Shown here: in pieces, positions 1-8,603 of the stretch
Position numbering within the stretch: position 1 is the stretch's first letter
How the letters are laid out: each line of letters starts with the position of its first letter
Assembly: GCA_019058015.1 (NCBI GenBank)
Contig: JAHLWH010000158.1
Location: 1 to 21,092, forward strand
Source of the DNA: Promethearchaeota archaeon
GTDB lineage: Archaea; Asgardarchaeota; Lokiarchaeia; Sigyniarchaeales; SOKP01
Reading direction: 5' to 3'
DNA: 21,092 nt
The notes under the pieces: generated by a model
The model's input: the letters and a program-made list of their open reading frames with translations, nothing else
Told to the model about the DNA's origin: nothing
Database searches by the model: none
Made by a program: the position numbers and the translations under genes

Positions 1-168
1 CAGTAAGACCATAGCTGTTTGATGCCAAGAGATATGAAAACCCACTTTTGTCACTTCAGACAAATTAGATTTCTTCACATCTGTAAAAATAAATTTATTT
101 CCCCAAAAAGTATGAGCTCCAGATAAAAAAATCGATAATATGCCTCCAATTAGATAAAATAGATTCAT
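1..168 (-). CDS. Partial (5' end) small membrane protein, runs off the window start
   Basis: Minus-strand ATG at 168 with AGGAGG SD about 10 nt upstream; open to base 1: MNLFYLIGGILSIFLSGAHTFWGNKFIFTDVKKSNLSEVTKVGFHISWHQTAMVLL, hydrophobic segments. Confidence 0.7.
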   Translation of the reverse strand, partial: MNLFYLIGGILSIFLSGAHTFWGNKFIFTDVKKSNLSEVTKVGFHISWHQTAMVLL

Positions 169-394
169 AATTTATATTCCTCCTATTTTCAAATTAAAAG
201 TATTCTATTAATATAACATAATCAATAATAATTCTCTATTGATTTATTAATTTATATTTTATATTTTTTACCAATGTGATCGATATAAAAAACCATATCT
301 AAATCTCGAATAAAGAATAAACAAAAATGAAGATCATCATTTAATACAGAAAAAATATTATTTGAATAGTAAGTAAGAGAAATGTGTTAAATCT

Positions 395-1345
395 ATGGTT
401 GAAAGTAATAATTATGTCCTTATCATTGGCTCTTCTAATATGGATTTAAATGTCTATTTAGAACGTTTGCCTAAACCGGGAGAAACCATAACTGGGGGGG
501 TGTATAAGCAATTCTTAGGCGGAAAGGGAGCAAATCAAGCGGTTGCGTCAGTTCGCTCTGGTGCAAAGACAGTCTTTATCGGAAAGATTGGTAAAGATAC
601 ATTTGGAGATCAAATGCTCTCTCGTTTGAAAGCAGAAGGTATAGACACCAGTCATATTTTTAGAGATCCTAATGAAGCAAGTGGAGTTGCGTTAATTATG
701 ATAGATTCTAATGGTGAAAATATAATTGGGGTTGCTCCTGGAGCCAACTTTGGATTAACTCCTGACGAGGTAAAGATTAAATCAGACTTAATAAAAAATG
801 CTGGAGCAATTGTTGTTCAAATGGAAATTTCAATTGAGACTATTGATACAATATTCAGAATTGCTTCACAGGGAACAGCAATAAAAATATTAAATCCAGC
901 ACCTTTAAAACCGGTTCCATTAGATATACTGAAGAAAATTGATATTATCATTCCCAATGAAGGAGAATTGTTAAGGTTGCATTCCTTTTCAATTCAAAAA
1001 GAACTTTCCGGCTCTAATGAAGAAAAAATTAAGCAAGCGTCTAAAAATTTAACCAAATTAGGTGTTAAAACAATAATAACAACCCTAGGAAAGAAAGGTG
1101 CTCTAATTTATTATGGGGATAAAGATAAATTTGAAATTATACCAGCATTAAAAGTGCAAGCAGTTGATACGGTTGGAGCTGGCGATTGCTTCAACGGATG
1201 TCTAGCAAGTGCTCTCTCTAAAGGAAAAACCATATTAGAAGCAGCCAAGTTTGCAACAGCAGCCGCTTCAATTGCCGTAACAAGAAAGGGAGCACAAAAA
1301 TCAATGCCTTATTATGAAGAAATAATTAAAAAGATAAAGAATTAA
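395..1345 (+). CDS. rbsK: Ribokinase (PfkB family)
   Basis: GSSNMD, PKPGET, GGKGANQA, NPAP, PNEGE and DTVGAGDCF motifs typical of ribokinase. Confidence 0.92.
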   Translation: MVESNNYVLIIGSSNMDLNVYLERLPKPGETITGGVYKQFLGGKGANQAVASVRSGAKTVFIGKIGKDTFGDQMLSRLKAEGIDTSHIFRDPNEASGVALIMIDSNGENIIGVAPGANFGLTPDEVKIKSDLIKNAGAIVVQMEISIETIDTIFRIASQGTAIKILNPAPLKPVPLDILKKIDIIIPNEGELLRLHSFSIQKELSGSNEEKIKQASKNLTKLGVKTIITTLGKKGALIYYGDKDKFEIIPALKVQAVDTVGAGDCFNGCLASALSKGKTILEAAKFATAAASIAVTRKGAQKSMPYYEEIIKKIKN

Positions 1346-1374
1346 GAATAACTATTAAAAATTAAATTCTTATT

Positions 1375-2067
1375 ATGAAAATGAACTTTCGTGAAACAAT
1401 TTCTAGAGGATATAGCTCAATTTTAAGGAAGAATGGTTCTGAAACACTCCAAATGGACATTTTGCAAAAAAAAGGAGTTAATTGTTATGTAATAAATGGA
1501 GAAGAGCTAATAAAATTTGAAGTAAAAGATGTTTTATATTTTACTATAACAATTAACCCTAAGACTTACTACATGATTTTTAATATATCAAATTCAGATT
1601 TGGTTGTAACTTACTCCCATGATCCATCTCTTGATGAAGAAATTTATGACCCATATAAATACGAAAATTCTGACAAAGTTGATATCGATCCGGAGGAACT
1701 CAAAAAATTTTTTAAAATCCCAGATGGATATGTCGATACATTACCAAAATGGTACAGCTTCAAGTTTACATATGAAAAATATAATTTAATTTTTATAAAA
1801 CCTAATATGGGCATATCATGGCAACGACATGAAAAAAGAAACGAATTTTGGGAGATTTTAGGAGGTAATCCAATCATAATTAATAAAAATAAAGTCCATT
1901 ATTTTGTAAAGGATCATAAAAAATTTGAAATTCCAATAGGTACTATACATTCTGTAATTAATTCAAATAGAAATAAGGATGAGTGGGTAATAATAAGAGA
2001 AAGTTGGAATGGAGACTTTGATGAGATGGATATCGAGAGGATATTCAATCCAAATCAATATTTTTAA
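1375..2067 (+). CDS. Cupin protein, C-terminal domain like type II mannose-6-phosphate isomerase, with an unassigned N-terminal domain
   Basis: IKPNMGISWQRHEKRNEFW...IPIGTIHSVIN...DEMDIERI resembles the PMI-II cupin pattern VKPG.LSLQ.H.HRAEHW...IP.G..H.L.N...EDDIVR. Confidence 0.7.
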   Translation: MKMNFRETISRGYSSILRKNGSETLQMDILQKKGVNCYVINGEELIKFEVKDVLYFTITINPKTYYMIFNISNSDLVVTYSHDPSLDEEIYDPYKYENSDKVDIDPEELKKFFKIPDGYVDTLPKWYSFKFTYEKYNLIFIKPNMGISWQRHEKRNEFWEILGGNPIIINKNKVHYFVKDHKKFEIPIGTIHSVINSNRNKDEWVIIRESWNGDFDEMDIERIFNPNQYF

Positions 2068-2134
2068 ATTAACTTTATGGAAAAATATTACCGATAAAAA
2101 TTATTATCTCTTCTTTTTAGGGAAATACCCGAAT

Positions 2135-2148
2135 CGAAAATTTAATAA
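2135..2148 (+). promoter_or_regulatory. Candidate archaeal BRE-TATA promoter for the ribosomal cluster
   Basis: CGAAAA followed by TTTAATAA, 140 nt upstream of rps19; AT-rich background lowers specificity. Confidence 0.35.
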
Positions 2149-2287
2149 ACAATGAATGAAGGAAGTTTTGATTACAAATTTTGCTTACTTTTGAAAAAAA
2201 TTTTTTAATTATGTTTTATTGAATTCACTATCTGAAAAAAGGATAATATTGGAATAAGAAATAAAAATAAAAAGGTTTGAAGAAATA

Positions 2288-2836
2288 ATGCCTCCACCGG
2301 AAAATCAAGAGAAAAATGTTGATGATCAAGAGGAATCTAAAGAAAAAAATGAAAAGATTACAGAAAAGGAAGGTAATATTGAAGGAGATAAGCTAGAGAT
2401 AGAAGAAGAACTAGATGAAGAAGAGGAATTGGCAAAAAGACAATTTCTTTATAGAGGTAAAACAGTTGACGAGCTAAAGAGGATGAATATGGATGAATTT
2501 ATTCAACTTTTACCAGCAAGACAGCGTCGAAGTCTTAAAAGAGGTCTTCCAAATAGACACAAGAAACTTCTCGAGCGATTGAGAAGATCATATAGAGCAA
2601 AAAAAAAGGGAAAAGAATTAATAGTAAGAACCCACTGCAGAGATATGATAATTTTTCCGGAAATGGTGTCACTTACTGTGGGGGTTTATAATGGACATGA
2701 GTTTGTTACATATAAAATTTATCCAGAAATGATTGGGTGCTTTTTAGGAGAATTCTCAATTCCTACAATACACGTATCACATGGAAGCCCGGGCATAGGA
2801 GCGACCAGGAGCAGTAAATATGTACCGTTAAAGTGA
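2288..2836 (+). CDS. rps19p: 30S ribosomal protein uS19 (S19P) with acidic N-terminal extension
   Basis: FLYRGKT..EL, PARQRRSLKRG, RTHCRDMII, PEMIG.FLGEFS, HGSPGIGATRSSKYVPLK. Confidence 0.97.
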   Translation: MPPPENQEKNVDDQEESKEKNEKITEKEGNIEGDKLEIEEELDEEEELAKRQFLYRGKTVDELKRMNMDEFIQLLPARQRRSLKRGLPNRHKKLLERLRRSYRAKKKGKELIVRTHCRDMIIFPEMVSLTVGVYNGHEFVTYKIYPEMIGCFLGEFSIPTIHVSHGSPGIGATRSSKYVPLK

Positions 2837-2905
2837 GTCTCCTGAGAGATTGAACGAAAAAATATATAAAAAAATAAAATAAAATAAATAAAAGGGGTTA
2901 AATAA

Positions 2906-3379
2906 ATGCCGGTATTTGGATATTCTGCAGAAGCATTAAATTTAGATAATGACCGTATTGCGAAAGCAAGTGGAAGGGATCTCAGAGTATCTCCTAAAAT
3001 GTGTAGAGAAGTCTGTAATACGATTAAGGGTATGAGAATTGAACAAGCAAAGAAATTCCTTGAAGAAGTTATTCTTTTAAAACAAGCGGTTCCTTTTAAA
3101 AGACATAAAAAAAAGCAAGCTCATAGAAATAATCTTAAAAAATGGAAGTGGTACGCAGGTAGATATCCAATAAAAGCAGCTAGTATGATTTATGATATTA
3201 TTACGAGCGTGGAATCTAATGCGGAATTTAGAGGTTTAGATATTGAGTTGTGTAGAATTGTGCATGCTGTTACTCATCGCGCTCGCAAAATAAAGCGATA
3301 TATCGAACGTGCTCATGGACGCTCTACCCCGAGATTTAAAAATTTAAGTCATATAGAAATTGTTGTGTTTGAAGAATAA
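2906..3379 (+). CDS. rpl22p: 50S ribosomal protein uL22 (L22P)
   Basis: AKASGRDLRVSPK, VPFKRH, GRYPIKAA, NAEFRGLD, RAHGRSTP...SHIEIV. Confidence 0.97.
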   Translation: MPVFGYSAEALNLDNDRIAKASGRDLRVSPKMCREVCNTIKGMRIEQAKKFLEEVILLKQAVPFKRHKKKQAHRNNLKKWKWYAGRYPIKAASMIYDIITSVESNAEFRGLDIELCRIVHAVTHRARKIKRYIERAHGRSTPRFKNLSHIEIVVFEE

Positions 3380-3394
3380 ATAGAGGAAAAAATA

Positions 3395-4231
3395 TTGCCG
3401 TTGAAGAGACATTTTATTGAAAGGGGAATAAAGCAGATGCAAATTAATGAATATCTTCGTAAAGAATTAAATAGATCTGGATTTAGTGGAGTTGATATTC
3501 AAAAAACACCCTTAGGTGTTCGCATCACATTGAAAACAAGCAGACCAGGGCTCGTTATTGGAAAAAGCGGTAAGCGAATAAGAGAGTTGACCGATGAGCT
3601 GCAACAAAGATTTGACTTAAATCTTCCGCAAATCGAGGTGGAGGAAATTCCGAATCCAGAATTGAATGCACAGATAATGGCTGAGAGATTGGCATTTAGT
3701 CTTGATAGAGGGCGTCAATATAGACGTGCATCATATTATATCCTGAGAAAAATAATGGCAGCTGGTGCGAAGGGAGTAGAAATTAAAGTTTCTGGGAAAG
3801 TTACATCTCAAAGATCTCGAACTCAAATATTTCGAGCAGGTACCATGTCTAAGTGTGGTCAACCAGCTTTGGAATCTGTCGATAAGGGATTGACCCAATG
3901 TATTCAAAAGTCGGGCGTGTTGGGAATAACCGTTAAAATAATGCCGGCTGAATATAAAACAGGCGACGGTTTTTATCTAAATAAAGAACTTATTGAGAAG
4001 GATAATAAAGAATTAGAAATAAGAAAAGTAGCTAAAGTGGGAGAACTTGAAGTTGAAGAAATAGAAAGGGAGCCAACTGAAGAAGAACTAGAATTAATTG
4101 ATCAAATAGATGAGGAGGAAACTAAAGAAATTTCCCTCACTACACCTGATGAAAAAACTGAAATTGAAACCGAAGAAGAAACTGGAGAAGTTTCTAAGGA
4201 AGAAGAAACAGAGGATAAAGATAAAAAATGA
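3395..4231 (+). CDS. rps3p: 30S ribosomal protein uS3 (S3P) with long acidic C-terminal tail; TTG start
   Basis: KTPLGVRITL...RPGLVIGKSG KH motif, PELNAQIMAE, GAKGVEIKVSGK, GVLGITVKIMP. Confidence 0.97.
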   Translation: MPLKRHFIERGIKQMQINEYLRKELNRSGFSGVDIQKTPLGVRITLKTSRPGLVIGKSGKRIRELTDELQQRFDLNLPQIEVEEIPNPELNAQIMAERLAFSLDRGRQYRRASYYILRKIMAAGAKGVEIKVSGKVTSQRSRTQIFRAGTMSKCGQPALESVDKGLTQCIQKSGVLGITVKIMPAEYKTGDGFYLNKELIEKDNKELEIRKVAKVGELEVEEIEREPTEEELELIDQIDEEETKEISLTTPDEKTEIETEEETGEVSKEEETEDKDKK

Positions 4232-4269
4232 AATTTTTCAAAAGAAAAATTAATTTATAGTGAAATAAT

Positions 4270-4485
4270 ATGCCCAAACAAATAAAAGCCGAAGAAATAA
4301 GAACTTGGTCAGATGTCGAGAGAAAGAAAAGATTGACTGATCTCAGACATGAACTATTGGCATTAAGATCAATTCATACAGGTGGGGGAGTAAGAGATAA
4401 TCCGGCCAAACCCAAACAACTTAGGCGTGCAATTGCACGAATTTTAACAGTTATGAATGAAAAGAAAAATGAAATTGAATCCTAA
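4270..4485 (+). CDS. rpl29p: 50S ribosomal protein uL29 (L29P)
   Basis: EIR...ER.K.L.DLR.EL...NPAK.KQLRRAIARILTV; canonical position after S3. Confidence 0.95.
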   Translation: MPKQIKAEEIRTWSDVERKKRLTDLRHELLALRSIHTGGGVRDNPAKPKQLRRAIARILTVMNEKKNEIES

Positions 4486-4792
4486 ATATTTAATATATCA
4501 CGATTTAATTGGACTAGAAAATGTATTAGCATTAAGGAATGATGAAGAAAAGAGAGGAAAGGAATGGAAAAATATTGGAACAGTAATTGATGAGACAAAA
4601 AATATGCTAATTACATTAAATAATAATAATAAAAAAAAAATGTATATAAAAAATAATCATAAGTTTCGGTTCATGCTTCCACAGAATGATGGTGAAGAAC
4701 CAATTATTCTTGAAGTAGAGGGGCGTAAAATCGTTGGACGCCCTGAGAATCGAATAAAAGATATAAAAAAAAGAAGATGGCTTAAAAAATGA
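4469..4792 (+). CDS. rnp1: Ribonuclease P protein component 1 (Rpp29/POP4)
   Basis: LIYHDLIGL, GTVIDETKNML, VEGRKIVGRPENRIK; position between L29 and S17; start at 4469 preferred over 4457. Confidence 0.92.
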   Translation: MKLNPKYLIYHDLIGLENVLALRNDEEKRGKEWKNIGTVIDETKNMLITLNNNNKKKMYIKNNHKFRFMLPQNDGEEPIILEVEGRKIVGRPENRIKDIKKRRWLKK

Positions 4793-5139
4793 GCGTTAGA
4801 AATATTGGAATACCAGGTGTGGATGCCCCAAAGGAAATATGTGATGATATAAATTGTCCTTTTCATGGAACTTTAAGAATCAGGGGTAGAATTCTTCAGG
4901 GAGTCGTGGCAAAAAAAAATATGAAGAATTCTGTTATAATTAGAAGAGATTTTGTACATTTTATTAGAAAATATCAGCGTTATGAACGCAGAAATTCCAG
5001 AATTGCTGCTCATTTACCGCCATGTTTAAAAGATGAAATTAATGTTGGTGATCTTGTAAAAATTGGAGAAACTCGGCCGATCTCGAAAACTAAGGCATTT
5101 TGTGTAATTCAAAAACTAAAAAAGAAGGGAGATAGTTAA
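4789..5139 (+). CDS. rps17p: 30S ribosomal protein uS17 (S17P)
   Basis: CDDINCPFHG.LRIRG, KYQRYERR, HLPPC, ETRPISKTKAF. Confidence 0.97.
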   Translation: MSVRNIGIPGVDAPKEICDDINCPFHGTLRIRGRILQGVVAKKNMKNSVIIRRDFVHFIRKYQRYERRNSRIAAHLPPCLKDEINVGDLVKIGETRPISKTKAFCVIQKLKKKGDS

Positions 5140-5564
5140 TGGGTACTCGAAGAAAAATTGGTAGAAAAATAGCTACAAGACATAAGATTTCAAGGGGTTT
5201 GCTTAATGGTTCAAGATTAAAAATTGCTGATAATTCAGGAGCAAAAATTATCGAGATAATTAATGTGGACGGATTACATACTCGACTCAATCGCATTCCA
5301 GCAGCTGCAATTGGCAATGTAGTATCGTGCACAGTTAAGAAGGGAAAACCTGAATTAAGAGGTATAATCATGAAGGCGGTTATTGTTCGACAAAGGAAAA
5401 TTTATAAAAGAATCGATGGAACACGGTTATGTTTTGAAGATAATGCAGCAGTATTGATTTCTAGAGAAGGAGACCCGAAAGGCACGGAAATTCGTGGTCC
5501 GATCGCACGTGAAGTCGCTGAATTATATCCACGTTTAGCATCTATAGCATCTTTAATTGTTTAA
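5139..5564 (+). CDS. rpl14p: 50S ribosomal protein uL14 (L14P)
   Basis: ADNSGAK, VKKGKPELR, AVIVRQRK, FEDNAAV, PKGTEIRGPIAREVAE. Confidence 0.97.
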   Translation: MGTRRKIGRKIATRHKISRGLLNGSRLKIADNSGAKIIEIINVDGLHTRLNRIPAAAIGNVVSCTVKKGKPELRGIIMKAVIVRQRKIYKRIDGTRLCFEDNAAVLISREGDPKGTEIRGPIAREVAELYPRLASIASLIV

Positions 5565-5588
5565 TTAGTACAAAAAGTGATAAAAGCT

Positions 5589-6005
5589 ATGAAAATAAAA
5601 AGTAAGAAACCACGCAAACAGCGCAAAGCATTAGCACATTATAAACCACATCAAAGGTCTAAATTGCTTTCATGTAGAATAGCTGATTTCTTGCAAGAAG
5701 AATATGGAATAAAACGGCTTCCCGTAAGAGTAGGCGATAATGTTCGCTGCGTTAAGGGGGATTTTGTGGATATTGAAGGTGAAATTTTGGAAATTAAGAA
5801 AAATTTGAAACTTATTATTAAAGAATGTAAACTTGAAAAAGTTGATGGCACAACTTATTATGTACCAATTCATGTTTCTAAAGTGATCATTACTAAGTTT
5901 AAGGGAGAGGGTAAAAAAATGGATCCTTTAAGAAGGCAAATAATTGAACGGAAGTTAGGGTATGAATATGTTGAGGAAGAATTAAAAGCACCAATTAAAA
6001 AATAA
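5589..6005 (+). CDS. rpl24p: 50S ribosomal protein uL24 (L24P)
   Basis: SKKPRKQRK, LPVRVGD.V...KGDF, EKVDGT...PIHVSKVIITK; ATG at 5589 preferred over GTG 5577. Confidence 0.95.
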   Translation: MKIKSKKPRKQRKALAHYKPHQRSKLLSCRIADFLQEEYGIKRLPVRVGDNVRCVKGDFVDIEGEILEIKKNLKLIIKECKLEKVDGTTYYVPIHVSKVIITKFKGEGKKMDPLRRQIIERKLGYEYVEEELKAPIKK

Positions 6006-6019
6006 GGAGTGAAAAAAAA

Positions 6020-6772
6020 ATAACTTCACATGGAAATAAAAAACATACAAAAAGGCTAGCGACGCCAGGACATTTACAAATTAAAAGAAAACATGGAGAG
6101 TTTTTTGTAAATGCTTCGCCTGGTCCGCATTCTAGAAGATTTTGCCTTCCTTTACTTCATATTGTAAGAGATTTATTAAAAATTGTTCCATATTATAGGG
6201 ATGCAAAAAAATTAATTGGACAAGGTTATTTTAAAGTTGATGGTCGAATCATAAGGGATTTAGGATTTCCATTAGGGTTCATGGATGTTCTATCCATTGA
6301 AAAGATAAAGGAATATTATCGAATTATGCCCGATTCACATCATGAATTAAAATTATTTAAAATTCCAAAAAAAGAATCTGATATTAAATTATGTAGGATT
6401 AATAGCAAAACAACCTTGAAAGGGGGACATGTTCAACTTAATCTTCATGATGGGAGAAATATAAAAATTGAAGTAAAAGATCCTACAAAACCAGTGGAAG
6501 ATGTGTATAAAAGAATGGATGTTTTAAAATTATCAATCCCAACTCAAGAAATTTTATCTCATATCAAGTTTAAAGAAAATTCATTAGCAATTATTGTGGC
6601 AGGAAAAAATGTTGCTAAAGTTGGAACAATAAATAATGTAATCAAAAGATTTGGCCCTAATGCGAGTACCGTTGAAATTATTCAGAAAGATGGTACTCCG
6701 GTCGAAACATTATATGATTACGTTCTAATGCTGGGAGATAAGGAGTCTGAAATAAAATTACCAAAAATTTAA
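6020..6772 (+). CDS. rps4e: 30S ribosomal protein eS4 (S4e), about 250 aa; apparent ATA start at 6020
   Basis: Frame of the 6281 ORF is open back to a TAA at 5996-5998 and encodes the conserved N-terminus TSHGNKKHTKRLATP...SPGPHS...LPL...RD.L...KVDG...D..FPLGFMDV; C-terminus has QLNLHDGRNI and GKN. Confidence 0.95.
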   Translation: MTSHGNKKHTKRLATPGHLQIKRKHGEFFVNASPGPHSRRFCLPLLHIVRDLLKIVPYYRDAKKLIGQGYFKVDGRIIRDLGFPLGFMDVLSIEKIKEYYRIMPDSHHELKLFKIPKKESDIKLCRINSKTTLKGGHVQLNLHDGRNIKIEVKDPTKPVEDVYKRMDVLKLSIPTQEILSHIKFKENSLAIIVAGKNVAKVGTINNVIKRFGPNASTVEIIQKDGTPVETLYDYVLMLGDKESEIKLPKI

Positions 6773-6796
6773 AGATAAAAGGATGTGAAAAGTGAA

Positions 6797-7396
6797 ATGT
6801 CTGCGGATTCAAAAAAAGCAAAAGTTGCAAAAATGAAAAAATTGGAACAAAATTTTGAAGAAGATTGGAAAAATCCAATGAGACTCCCCTATTTAGAGAA
6901 AATTGTGTTAAATATCGGTGTTGGTACGGGTGGAGAAGAGCTTGAACGAGCTGGAAAAGTTTTGGAAGATATTGCTAAACAAAAGCCGGTGAGAAGGCTT
7001 GCAAGTAAATCTGTAAAAGAATGGGGAATTCGAAAAGGAACTCCGATTGGTGTAATGGTCACTGTGAGAGGTGATGTCGCAATAAAACTATTGAAAAAAT
7101 TATTAATTGTATACAATAACAGAATTTTACGCAAGAGTTTTGATGACTACGGAAACTTTTCTTTTGGTATTGATGAGCATATTTCAATTCCTGGTGTAGA
7201 ATATGATAGCACAATAGGAATATGGGGATTGAATATCTCAGGGCGAATAGTGAGGAAGGGAATGCGTGTTAGAACTAGACGTAAAAAACGGACTAAAATT
7301 AAAAAAGATCATTATGTTAAGAGAGAGGAAACACAATATTTTCTCAAAAAATTTTTCAAAGCTCGAATTGTTAGAAGATTGGAAATAGAATATTAA
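6797..7396 (+). CDS. rpl5p: 50S ribosomal protein uL5 (L5P)
   Basis: NPMR.P.LEKIVLNIGVG..GE.L, WGIRKG.PIG..VTVRG, FDDYGNFSFGIDEHI.IPG..YD..IGIWG; start uncertain (GTG 6785 or ATG 6797). Confidence 0.96.
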   Translation: MSADSKKAKVAKMKKLEQNFEEDWKNPMRLPYLEKIVLNIGVGTGGEELERAGKVLEDIAKQKPVRRLASKSVKEWGIRKGTPIGVMVTVRGDVAIKLLKKLLIVYNNRILRKSFDDYGNFSFGIDEHISIPGVEYDSTIGIWGLNISGRIVRKGMRVRTRRKKRTKIKKDHYVKREETQYFLKKFFKARIVRRLEIEY

Positions 7397-7430
7397 TAAT
7401 ATGAATTAAAAAGTTAAAAGCGAATCAAAT

Positions 7431-7580
7431 TTGCCTAGCAACAAGAAATATGGAAAAGGACAACGGGTTTGTCGTAGGTGTGGCACACATAGAGCAATCA
7501 TAAGACGTTATGGATTATTTATCTGTCGTCGTTGTTTTCGAGAAATTGCTAAGGATATTGGGTTCAAAAGATTTGAATAA
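7431..7580 (+). CDS. rps14p: 30S ribosomal protein uS14 (S14P, Zn-binding); TTG start; not in the ORF track
   Basis: [49 protein letters not shown], CxxC...CxxC, canonical position between L5 and S8. Confidence 0.95.
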   Translation: MPSNKKYGKGQRVCRRCGTHRAIIRRYGLFICRRCFREIAKDIGFKRFE

Positions 7581-7605
7581 GAAAAAAAATAGAGGTAAAT
7601 ATTTA

Positions 7606-7992
7606 ATGCCTAATACATTAGGAGATGCTTGTATTCAGATAAAAAATGCCGAGATGGCAAGGAAGAAAAGTTTAATAATAACTCCAGCTCCAGATTTACT
7701 TCAAAAAATCTTGAGGATCTTCCAAGCCCACGCATACATAGGTGAATTTGAGCGCTATGAAGATGGTCGTCAAAATAAATTTAAAGTTAACCTTCTTGGA
7801 AAAATAAATGAGTGTAAAGCAATAATTCCGCGCTTGAATATTAAAGTTTCTCAATATGAAGATTTTGAAAAACGATTCTTGCCAGCAAAAAATTTTGGAT
7901 TGATAATAGTTTCTACCAATGAGGGGGTTATAACTCATAATGAAGCAAAATCAAAGAATTTAGGGGGAATTTTATTAGCATATATTTATTGA
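7606..7992 (+). CDS. rps8p: 30S ribosomal protein uS8 (S8P)
   Basis: L.DA...IKNAE, YIGEFE..EDGR, L.GKINEC.AI.PR, FLPAKNFG.IIVSTN.GV.TH.EA; true start ATG 7606 with GAGGT SD (the 7510 extension overlaps S14). Confidence 0.96.
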   Translation: MPNTLGDACIQIKNAEMARKKSLIITPAPDLLQKILRIFQAHAYIGEFERYEDGRQNKFKVNLLGKINECKAIIPRLNIKVSQYEDFEKRFLPAKNFGLIIVSTNEGVITHNEAKSKNLGGILLAYIY

Positions 7993-8019
7993 TAATTAAA
8001 AGAAAGTGAATAAAATAAG

Positions 8020-8598
8020 ATGGTGAAAATTGCCTTTTTGGAAGAATCATTGGACATTCCTGAAAATGTGGAGATATCATTAAAAGATCCAAATATTATT
8101 ACGATAAAGGGACCTAAAGGGGGACCAATTGTAAAAGATTTTTCTCACGCACGAAAAATCAAAATTGAATTAGAAGGAAAATCTAAATTAAAATTTACAT
8201 CAAATTTCCCCAGAGGAAATACAGTTGCTCTAGCAAAAACTGTAAGAAATTTAATAAAAAATTTAATTTTAGGAGTTCAGGAAGGTTATATTTATAAATC
8301 TAAAATATGTTATTCACATTTTCCGATTACTGTCGAAATTCGAGGTAAAAAAATTCACATAAAAAACTTTAATGGAGAGCGAGCCGATAGGGTTGAAAAT
8401 ATTATAGATGGCGTAGATATATCAGTTGAAGGTGATGATGTAATAATCACAGGGATAGATAACCAAGTTGTCGGACAAATGGCAGCAAATCTCCAAAGGG
8501 CTTGTCGGTTAAGAAAGAAAGATAAACGAGTCTTTCAAGATGGAATTTACGTATATCAAAAATGGTTAGGAGAGCATATACTCTGGCAAATAAAATAA
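8020..8598 (+). CDS. rpl6p: 50S ribosomal protein uL6 (L6P)
   Basis: IPENV, IKGPKG, YSHFPI, NF.GER, VGQ.AAN, KDKRVFQDGIYV. Confidence 0.96.
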   Translation: MVKIAFLEESLDIPENVEISLKDPNIITIKGPKGGPIVKDFSHARKIKIELEGKSKLKFTSNFPRGNTVALAKTVRNLIKNLILGVQEGYIYKSKICYSHFPITVEIRGKKIHIKNFNGERADRVENIIDGVDISVEGDDVIITGIDNQVVGQMAANLQRACRLRKKDKRVFQDGIYVYQKWLGEHILWQIK

Positions 8599-8603
8599 AA
8601 AAA

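Noticed and set aside
7510-7605. N-terminal extension of S8 in the ORF track
   Set aside because: Overlaps rps14 in another frame; the real start is ATG 7606 with an SD
8562-8603. N-terminal extension of L32e in the ORF track
   Set aside because: Overlaps the end of rpl6; downstream ATGs fit the family better
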